A stretch of 39,305 bases of DNA, taken from Chiloscyllium plagiosum. Taxonomy: Eukaryota. Position 1 is the stretch's first letter; each line of letters begins with the position of its first letter. The notes beneath the pieces were generated by a model. It worked only from the letters and a program-made list of their open reading frames with translations, did no database searches and was not told the DNA's origin. The position numbers and the translations under genes are program-made. The stretch lies in contig NW_025214123.1 in assembly GCF_004010195.1 (NCBI RefSeq), positions 1 through 39,305 of the forward strand, in the 5' to 3' direction. Below, in pieces: positions 13,201 to 23,643 of this stretch.

Positions 13201-16200
13201 GAGAGAATGCGTATGAGAGAGAGAATGCGTTGTGAGAGACGGAGAATACATGAGTGTGACAGAGAGAGAATGCGTGAGTGCAAGAGCGAGAATGTGTGTG
13301 TGCTTGAGAGAGAGAATGCTTGTGAGAGAGAGAATGCGTGTGTGTGAGAGAGAATGCGTATGAGAGAGAGAATGCGTTGTGAGAGACGGAGAATACATGA
13401 GTGTGACAGAGAGAGAATGCGTGAGTGCAAGAGCGAGAATGTGTGTGTGCTTGAGAGAGAGAATGCTTGTGAGAGAGAGAATGCGTGTGTGTGAGAGAGA
13501 ATGCGTATGAGAGAGAGAATGCGTTGTGAGAGACGGAGAATACATGAGTGTGACAGAGAGAGAATGCGTGAGTGCAAGAGCGAGAATGTGTGTGTGCTTG
13601 AGAGAGAGAATGCTTGTGAGAGAGAGAATGCGTGTGTGTGAGAGAGAATGCGTATGAGAGAGAGAATGCGTTGTGAGAGACGGAGAATACATGAGTGTGA
13701 CAGAGAGAGAATGCGTGAGTGCAAGAGCGAGAATGTGTGTGTGCTTGAGAGAGAGAATGCTTGTGAGAGAGAGAATGCGTGTGTGTGAGAGAGAATGCGT
13801 ATGAGAGAGAGAATGCGTTGTGAGAGACGGAGAATACATGAGTGTGACAGAGAGAGAATGCGTGAGTGCAAGAGCGAGAATGTGTGTGTGCTTGAGAGAG
13901 AGAATGCTTGTGAGAGAGAGAATGCGTGTGTGTGAGAGAGAATGCGTATGAGAGAGAGAATGCGTTGTGAGAGACGGAGAATACATGAGTGTGACAGAGA
14001 GAGAATGCGTGAGTGCAAGAGCGAGAATGTGTGTGTGCTTGAGAGAGAGAATGCTTGTGAGAGAGAGAATGCGTGTGTGTGAGAGAGAATGCGTATGAGA
14101 GAGAGAATGCGTTGTGAGAGACGGAGAATACATGAGTGTGACAGAGAGAGAATGCGTGAGTGCAAGAGCGAGAATGTGTGTGTGCTTGAGAGAGAGAATG
14201 CTTGTGAGAGAGAGAATGCGTGTGTGTGAGAGAGAATGCGTATGAGAGAGAGAATGCGTTGTGAGAGACGGAGAATACATGAGTGTGACAGAGAGAGAAT
14301 GCGTGAGTGCAAGAGCGAGAATGTGTGTGTGCTTGAGAGAGAGAATGCTTGTGAGAGAGAGAATGCGTGTGTGTGAGAGAGAATGCGTATGAGAGAGAGA
14401 ATGCGTTGTGAGAGACGGAGAATACATGAGTGTGACAGAGAGAGAATGCGTGAGTGCAAGAGCGAGAATGTGTGTGTGCTTGAGAGAGAGAATGCTTGTG
14501 AGAGAGAGAATGCGTGTGTGTGAGAGAGAATGCGTATGAGAGAGAGAATGCGTTGTGAGAGACGGAGAATACATGAGTGTGACAGAGAGAGAATGCGTGA
14601 GTGCAAGAGCGAGAATGTGTGTGTGCTTGAGAGAGAGAATGCTTGTGAGAGAGAGAATGCGTGTGTGTGAGAGAGAATGCGTATGAGAGAGAGAATGCGT
14701 TGTGAGAGACGGAGAATACATGAGTGTGACAGAGAGAGAATGCGTGAGTGCAAGAGCGAGAATGTGTGTGTGCTTGAGAGAGAGAATGCTTGTGAGAGAG
14801 AGAATGCGTGTGTGTGAGAGAGAATGCGTATGAGAGAGAGAATGCGTTGTGAGAGACGGAGAATACATGAGTGTGACAGAGAGAGAATGCGTGAGTGCAA
14901 GAGCGAGAATGTGTGTGTGCTTGAGAGAGAGAATGCTTGTGAGAGAGAGAATGCGTGTGTGTGAGAGAGAATGCGTATGAGAGAGAGAATGCGTTGTGAG
15001 AGACGGAGAATACATGAGTGTGACAGAGAGAGAATGCGTGAGTGCAAGAGCGAGAATGTGTGTGTGCTTGAGAGAGAGAATGCTTGTGAGAGAGAGAATG
15101 CGTGTGTGTGAGAGAGAATGCGTATGAGAGAGAGAATGCGTTGTGAGAGACGGAGAATACATGAGTGTGACAGAGAGAGAATGCGTGAGTGCAAGAGCGA
15201 GAATGTGTGTGTGCTTGAGAGAGAGAATGCTTGTGAGAGAGAGAATGCGTGTGTGTGAGAGAGAATGCGTATGAGAGAGAGAATGCGTTGTGAGAGACGG
15301 AGAATACATGAGTGTGACAGAGAGAGAATGCGTGAGTGCAAGAGCGAGAATGTGTGTGTGCTTGAGAGAGAGAATGCTTGTGAGAGAGAGAATGCGTGTG
15401 TGTGAGAGAGAATGCGTATGAGAGAGAGAATGCGTTGTGAGAGACGGAGAATACATGAGTGTGACAGAGAGAGAATGCGTGAGTGCAAGAGCGAGAATGT
15501 GTGTGTGCTTGAGAGAGAGAATGCTTGTGAGAGAGAGAATGCGTGTGTGTGAGAGAGAATGCGTATGAGAGAGAGAATGCGTTGTGAGAGACGGAGAATA
15601 CATGAGTGTGACAGAGAGAGAATGCGTGAGTGCAAGAGCGAGAATGTGTGTGTGCTTGAGAGAGAGAATGCTTGTGAGAGAGAGAATGCGTGTGTGTGAG
15701 AGAGAATGCGTATGAGAGAGAGAATGCGTTGTGAGAGACGGAGAATACATGAGTGTGACAGAGAGAGAATGCGTGAGTGCAAGAGCGAGAATGTGTGTGT
15801 GCTTGAGAGAGAGAATGCTTGTGAGAGAGAGAATGCGTGTGTGTGAGAGAGAATGCGTATGAGAGAGAGAATGCGTTGTGAGAGACGGAGAATACATGAG
15901 TGTGACAGAGAGAGAATGCGTGAGTGCAAGAGCGAGAATGTGTGTGTGCTTGAGAGAGAGAATGCTTGTGAGAGAGAGAATGCGTGTGTGTGAGAGAGAA
16001 TGCGTATGAGAGAGAGAATGCGTTGTGAGAGACGGAGAATACATGAGTGTGACAGAGAGAGAATGCGTGAGTGCAAGAGCGAGAATGTGTGTGTGCTTGA
16101 GAGAGAGAATGCTTGTGAGAGAGAGAATGCGTGTGTGTGAGAGAGAATGCGTATGAGAGAGAGAATGCGTTGTGAGAGACGGAGAATACATGAGTGTGAC

Positions 16201-19200
16201 AGAGAGAGAATGCGTGAGTGCAAGAGCGAGAATGTGTGTGTGCTTGAGAGAGAGAATGCTTGTGAGAGAGAGAATGCGTGTGTGTGAGAGAGAATGCGTA
16301 TGAGAGAGAGAATGCGTTGTGAGAGACGGAGAATACATGAGTGTGACAGAGAGAGAATGCGTGAGTGCAAGAGCGAGAATGTGTGTGTGCTTGAGAGAGA
16401 GAATGCTTGTGAGAGAGAGAATGCGTGTGTGTGAGAGAGAATGCGTATGAGAGAGAGAATGCGTTGTGAGAGACGGAGAATACATGAGTGTGACAGAGAG
16501 AGAATGCGTGAGTGCAAGAGCGAGAATGTGTGTGTGCTTGAGAGAGAGAATGCTTGTGAGAGAGAGAATGCGTGTGTGTGAGAGAGAATGCGTATGAGAG
16601 AGAGAATGCGTTGTGAGAGACGGAGAATACATGAGTGTGACAGAGAGAGAATGCGTGAGTGCAAGAGCGAGAATGTGTGTGTGCTTGAGAGAGAGAATGC
16701 TTGTGAGAGAGAGAATGCGTGTGTGTGAGAGAGAATGCGTATGAGAGAGAGAATGCGTTGTGAGAGACGGAGAATACATGAGTGTGACAGAGAGAGAATG
16801 CGTGAGTGCAAGAGCGAGAATGTGTGTGTGCTTGAGAGAGAGAATGCTTGTGAGAGAGAGAATGCGTGTGTGTGAGAGAGAATGCGTATGAGAGAGAGAA
16901 TGCGTTGTGAGAGACGGAGAATACATGAGTGTGACAGAGAGAGAATGCGTGAGTGCAAGAGCGAGAATGTGTGTGTGCTTGAGAGAGAGAATGCTTGTGA
17001 GAGAGAGAATGCGTGTGTGTGAGAGAGAATGCGTATGAGAGAGAGAATGCGTTGTGAGAGACGGAGAATACATGAGTGTGACAGAGAGAGAATGCGTGAG
17101 TGCAAGAGCGAGAATGTGTGTGTGCTTGAGAGAGAGAATGCTTGTGAGAGAGAGAATGCGTGTGTGTGAGAGAGAATGCGTATGAGAGAGAGAATGCGTT
17201 GTGAGAGACGGAGAATACATGAGTGTGACAGAGAGAGAATGCGTGAGTGCAAGAGCGAGAATGTGTGTGTGCTTGAGAGAGAGAATGCTTGTGAGAGAGA
17301 GAATGCGTGTGTGTGAGAGAGAATGCGTATGAGAGAGAGAATGCGTTGTGAGAGACGGAGAATACATGAGTGTGACAGAGAGAGAATGCGTGAGTGCAAG
17401 AGCGAGAATGTGTGTGTGCTTGAGAGAGAGAATGCTTGTGAGAGAGAGAATGCGTGTGTGTGAGAGAGAATGCGTATGAGAGAGAGAATGCGTTGTGAGA
17501 GACGGAGAATACATGAGTGTGACAGAGAGAGAATGCGTGAGTGCAAGAGCGAGAATGTGTGTGTGCTTGAGAGAGAGAATGCTTGTGAGAGAGAGAATGC
17601 GTGTGTGTGAGAGAGAATGCGTATGAGAGAGAGAATGCGTTGTGAGAGACGGAGAATACATGAGTGTGACAGAGAGAGAATGCGTGAGTGCAAGAGCGAG
17701 AATGTGTGTGTGCTTGAGAGAGAGAATGCTTGTGAGAGAGAGAATGCGTGTGTGTGAGAGAGAATGCGTATGAGAGAGAGAATGCGTTGTGAGAGACGGA
17801 GAATACATGAGTGTGACAGAGAGAGAATGCGTGAGTGCAAGAGCGAGAATGTGTGTGTGCTTGAGAGAGAGAATGCTTGTGAGAGAGAGAATGCGTGTGT
17901 GTGAGAGAGAATGCGTATGAGAGAGAGAATGCGTTGTGAGAGACGGAGAATACATGAGTGTGACAGAGAGAGAATGCGTGAGTGCAAGAGCGAGAATGTG
18001 TGTGTGCTTGAGAGAGAGAATGCTTGTGAGAGAGAGAATGCGTGTGTGTGAGAGAGAATGCGTATGAGAGAGAGAATGCGTTGTGAGAGACGGAGAATAC
18101 ATGAGTGTGACAGAGAGAGAATGCGTGAGTGCAAGAGCGAGAATGTGTGTGTGCTTGAGAGAGAGAATGCTTGTGAGAGAGAGAATGCGTGTGTGTGAGA
18201 GAGAATGCGTATGAGAGAGAGAATGCGTTGTGAGAGACGGAGAATACATGAGTGTGACAGAGAGAGAATGCGTGAGTGCAAGAGCGAGAATGTGTGTGTG
18301 CTTGAGAGAGAGAATGCTTGTGAGAGAGAGAATGCGTGTGTGTGAGAGAGAATGCGTATGAGAGAGAGAATGCGTTGTGAGAGACGGAGAATACATGAGT
18401 GTGACAGAGAGAGAATGCGTGAGTGCAAGAGCGAGAATGTGTGTGTGCTTGAGAGAGAGAATGCTTGTGAGAGAGAGAATGCGTGTGTGTGAGAGAGAAT
18501 GCGTATGAGAGAGAGAATGCGTTGTGAGAGACGGAGAATACATGAGTGTGACAGAGAGAGAATGCGTGAGTGCAAGAGCGAGAATGTGTGTGTGCTTGAG
18601 AGAGAGAATGCTTGTGAGAGAGAGAATGCGTGTGTGTGAGAGAGAATGCGTATGAGAGAGAGAATGCGTTGTGAGAGACGGAGAATACATGAGTGTGACA
18701 GAGAGAGAATGCGTGAGTGCAAGAGCGAGAATGTGTGTGTGCTTGAGAGAGAGAATGCTTGTGAGAGAGAGAATGCGTGTGTGTGAGAGAGAATGCGTAT
18801 GAGAGAGAGAATGCGTTGTGAGAGACGGAGAATACATGAGTGTGACAGAGAGAGAATGCGTGAGTGCAAGAGCGAGAATGTGTGTGTGCTTGAGAGAGAG
18901 AATGCTTGTGAGAGAGAGAATGCGTGTGTGTGAGAGAGAATGCGTATGAGAGAGAGAATGCGTTGTGAGAGACGGAGAATACATGAGTGTGACAGAGAGA
19001 GAATGCGTGAGTGCAAGAGCGAGAATGTGTGTGTGCTTGAGAGAGAGAATGCTTGTGAGAGAGAGAATGCGTGTGTGTGAGAGAGAATGCGTATGAGAGA
19101 GAGAATGCGTTGTGAGAGACGGAGAATACATGAGTGTGACAGAGAGAGAATGCGTGAGTGCAAGAGCGAGAATGTGTGTGTGCTTGAGAGAGAGAATGCT

Positions 19201-22200
19201 TGTGAGAGAGAGAATGCGTGTGTGTGAGAGAGAATGCGTATGAGAGAGAGAATGCGTTGTGAGAGACGGAGAATACATGAGTGTGACAGAGAGAGAATGC
19301 GTGAGTGCAAGAGCGAGAATGTGTGTGTGCTTGAGAGAGAGAATGCTTGTGAGAGAGAGAATGCGTGTGTGTGAGAGAGAATGCGTATGAGAGAGAGAAT
19401 GCGTTGTGAGAGACGGAGAATACATGAGTGTGACAGAGAGAGAATGCGTGAGTGCAAGAGCGAGAATGTGTGTGTGCTTGAGAGAGAGAATGCTTGTGAG
19501 AGAGAGAATGCGTGTGTGTGAGAGAGAATGCGTATGAGAGAGAGAATGCGTTGTGAGAGACGGAGAATACATGAGTGTGACAGAGAGAGAATGCGTGAGT
19601 GCAAGAGCGAGAATGTGTGTGTGCTTGAGAGAGAGAATGCTTGTGAGAGAGAGAATGCGTGTGTGTGAGAGAGAATGCGTATGAGAGAGAGAATGCGTTG
19701 TGAGAGACGGAGAATACATGAGTGTGACAGAGAGAGAATGCGTGAGTGCAAGAGCGAGAATGTGTGTGTGCTTGAGAGAGAGAATGCTTGTGAGAGAGAG
19801 AATGCGTGTGTGTGAGAGAGAATGCGTATGAGAGAGAGAATGCGTTGTGAGAGACGGAGAATACATGAGTGTGACAGAGAGAGAATGCGTGAGTGCAAGA
19901 GCGAGAATGTGTGTGTGCTTGAGAGAGAGAATGCTTGTGAGAGAGAGAATGCGTGTGTGTGAGAGAGAATGCGTATGAGAGAGAGAATGCGTTGTGAGAG
20001 ACGGAGAATACATGAGTGTGACAGAGAGAGAATGCGTGAGTGCAAGAGCGAGAATGTGTGTGTGCTTGAGAGAGAGAATGCTTGTGAGAGAGAGAATGCG
20101 TGTGTGTGAGAGAGAATGCGTATGAGAGAGAGAATGCGTTGTGAGAGACGGAGAATACATGAGTGTGACAGAGAGAGAATGCGTGAGTGCAAGAGCGAGA
20201 ATGTGTGTGTGCTTGAGAGAGAGAATGCTTGTGAGAGAGAGAATGCGTGTGTGTGAGAGAGAATGCGTATGAGAGAGAGAATGCGTTGTGAGAGACGGAG
20301 AATACATGAGTGTGACAGAGAGAGAATGCGTGAGTGCAAGAGCGAGAATGTGTGTGTGCTTGAGAGAGAGAATGCTTGTGAGAGAGAGAATGCGTGTGTG
20401 TGAGAGAGAATGCGTATGAGAGAGAGAATGCGTTGTGAGAGACGGAGAATACATGAGTGTGACAGAGAGAGAATGCGTGAGTGCAAGAGCGAGAATGTGT
20501 GTGTGCTTGAGAGAGAGAATGCTTGTGAGAGAGAGAATGCGTGTGTGTGAGAGAGAATGCGTATGAGAGAGAGAATGCGTTGTGAGAGACGGAGAATACA
20601 TGAGTGTGACAGAGAGAGAATGCGTGAGTGCAAGAGCGAGAATGTGTGTGTGCTTGAGAGAGAGAATGCTTGTGAGAGAGAGAATGCGTGTGTGTGAGAG
20701 AGAATGCGTATGAGAGAGAGAATGCGTTGTGAGAGACGGAGAATACATGAGTGTGACAGAGAGAGAATGCGTGAGTGCAAGAGCGAGAATGTGTGTGTGC
20801 TTGAGAGAGAGAATGCTTGTGAGAGAGAGAATGCGTGTGTGTGAGAGAGAATGCGTATGAGAGAGAGAATGCGTTGTGAGAGACGGAGAATACATGAGTG
20901 TGACAGAGAGAGAATGCGTGAGTGCAAGAGCGAGAATGTGTGTGTGCTTGAGAGAGAGAATGCTTGTGAGAGAGAGAATGCGTGTGTGTGAGAGAGAATG
21001 CGTATGAGAGAGAGAATGCGTTGTGAGAGACGGAGAATACATGAGTGTGACAGAGAGAGAATGCGTGAGTGCAAGAGCGAGAATGTGTGTGTGCTTGAGA
21101 GAGAGAATGCTTGTGAGAGAGAGAATGCGTGTGTGTGAGAGAGAATGCGTATGAGAGAGAGAATGCGTTGTGAGAGACGGAGAATACATGAGTGTGACAG
21201 AGAGAGAATGCGTGAGTGCAAGAGCGAGAATGTGTGTGTGCTTGAGAGAGAGAATGCTTGTGAGAGAGAGAATGCGTGTGTGTGAGAGAGAATGCGTATG
21301 AGAGAGAGAATGCGTTGTGAGAGACGGAGAATACATGAGTGTGACAGAGAGAGAATGCGTGAGTGCAAGAGCGAGAATGTGTGTGTGCTTGAGAGAGAGA
21401 ATGCTTGTGAGAGAGAGAATGCGTGTGTGTGAGAGAGAATGCGTATGAGAGAGAGAATGCGTTGTGAGAGACGGAGAATACATGAGTGTGACAGAGAGAG
21501 AATGCGTGAGTGCAAGAGCGAGAATGTGTGTGTGCTTGAGAGAGAGAATGCTTGTGAGAGAGAGAATGCGTGTGTGTGAGAGAGAATGCGTATGAGAGAG
21601 AGAATGCGTTGTGAGAGACGGAGAATACATGAGTGTGACAGAGAGAGAATGCGTGAGTGCAAGAGCGAGAATGTGTGTGTGCTTGAGAGAGAGAATGCTT
21701 GTGAGAGAGAGAATGCGTGTGTGTGAGAGAGAATGCGTATGAGAGAGAGAATGCGTTGTGAGAGACGGAGAATACATGAGTGTGACAGAGAGAGAATGCG
21801 TGAGTGCAAGAGCGAGAATGTGTGTGTGCTTGAGAGAGAGAATGCTTGTGAGAGAGAGAATGCGTGTGTGTGAGAGAGAATGCGTATGAGAGAGAGAATG
21901 CGTTGTGAGAGACGGAGAATACATGAGTGTGACAGAGAGAGAATGCGTGAGTGCAAGAGCGAGAATGTGTGTGTGCTTGAGAGAGAGAATGCTTGTGAGA
22001 GAGAGAATGCGTGTGTGTGAGAGAGAATGCGTATGAGAGAGAGAATGCGTTGTGAGAGACGGAGAATACATGAGTGTGACAGAGAGAGAATGCGTGAGTG
22101 CAAGAGCGAGAATGTGTGTGTGCTTGAGAGAGAGAATGCTTGTGAGAGAGAGAATGCGTGTGTGTGAGAGAGAATGCGTATGAGAGAGAGAATGCGTTGT

Positions 22201-23495
22201 GAGAGACGGAGAATACATGAGTGTGACAGAGAGAGAATGCGTGAGTGCAAGAGCGAGAATGTGTGTGTGCTTGAGAGAGAGAATGCTTGTGAGAGAGAGA
22301 ATGCGTGTGTGTGAGAGAGAATGCGTATGAGAGAGAGAATGCGTTGTGAGAGACGGAGAATACATGAGTGTGACAGAGAGAGAATGCGTGAGTGCAAGAG
22401 CGAGAATGTGTGTGTGCTTGAGAGAGAGAATGCTTGTGAGAGAGAGAATGCGTGTGTGTGAGAGAGAATGCGTATGAGAGAGAGAATGCGTTGTGAGAGA
22501 CGGAGAATACATGAGTGTGACAGAGAGAGAATGCGTGAGTGCAAGAGCGAGAATGTGTGTGTGCTTGAGAGAGAGAATGCTTGTGAGAGAGAGAATGCGT
22601 GTGTGTGAGAGAGAATGCGTATGAGAGAGAGAATGCGTTGTGAGAGACGGAGAATACATGAGTGTGACAGAGAGAGAATGCGTGAGTGCAAGAGCGAGAA
22701 TGTGTGTGTGCTTGAGAGAGAGAATGCTTGTGAGAGAGAGAATGCGTGTGTGTGAGAGAGAATGCGTATGAGAGAGAGAATGCGTTGTGAGAGACGGAGA
22801 ATACATGAGTGTGACAGAGAGAGAATGCGTGAGTGCAAGAGCGAGAATGTGTGTGTGCTTGAGAGAGAGAATGCTTGTGAGAGAGAGAATGCGTGTGTGT
22901 GAGAGAGAATGCGTATGAGAGAGAGAATGCGTTGTGAGAGACGGAGAATACATGAGTGTGACAGAGAGAGAATGCGTGAGTGCAAGAGCGAGAATGTGTG
23001 TGTGCTTGAGAGAGAGAATGCTTGTGAGAGAGAGAATGCGTGTGTGTGAGAGAGAATGCGTATGAGAGAGAGAATGCGTTGTGAGAGACGGAGAATACAT
23101 GAGTGTGACAGAGAGAGAATGCGTGAGTGCAAGAGCGAGAATGTGTGTGTGCTTGAGAGAGAGAATGCTTGTGAGAGAGAGAATGCGTGTGTGTGAGAGA
23201 GAATGCGTATGAGAGAGAGAATGCGTTGTGAGAGACGGAGAATACATGAGTGTGACAGAGAGAGAATGCGTGAGTGCAAGAGCGAGAATGTGTGTGTGCT
23301 TGAGAGAGAGAATGCTTGTGAGAGAGAGAATGCGTGTGTGTGAGAGAGAATGCGTATGAGAGAGAGAATGCGTTGTGAGAGACGGAGAATACATGAGTGT
23401 GACAGAGAGAGAATGCGTGAGTGCAAGAGCGAGAATGTGTGTGTGCTTGAGAGAGAGAATGCTTGTGAGAGAGAGAATGCGTGTGTGTGAGAGAG
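1214..23495. repeat. Homogeneous 147-bp tandem array (151 full copies + 85 bp), a 7-mer higher-order minisatellite
   Basis: Unit: GAATGCGTGAGTGCAAGAGCGA GAATGTGTGTGTGCTTGAGAGAGA GAATGCTTGTGAGAGAGA GAATGCGTGTGTGTGAGAGA GAATGCGTATGAGAGAGA GAATGCGTTGTGAGAGACGGA GAATACATGAGTGTGACAGAGAGA (22+24+18+20+18+21+24=147). Unit starts run 1214, 1361 ... 23411, and (23411-1214)/147=151 exactly. The 60-nt lines recur identically every 2940 bp, and the ORF track shows invariant 49-aa repeats in three frames. Confidence 0.98.
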
Positions 23496-23643
23496 TGAAT
23501 GCGTGTGTGAGAGAGAATGTGTGTGTGTGAGAGAATGCGCATGTGAGAGAGCGAGATTGCGTGTGTGTGTGAGAGAGACAATGCGTGGGTGAGAGAGAGA
23601 ATGCGCATGTGTGTGTGAGAGAGAGAATGCGTGTGTGAGAATG
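23496..23643. repeat. Unamplified GAATGC(GT)n(GA)n minisatellite monomers (7 variant copies)
   Basis: Same monomer grammar as the 147-bp unit's subunits but with different variants (GAATGCGCATG, GATTGCG, CAATGCGTGGG). These are not part of the amplified unit. Confidence 0.9.

Noticed and set aside
1214..23643. Telomeric repeat or human satellite II/III (GGAAT)n
   Set aside because: There are no TTAGGG arrays. GAATG appears only once per subunit of about 21 bp and is not pentamerically repeated.
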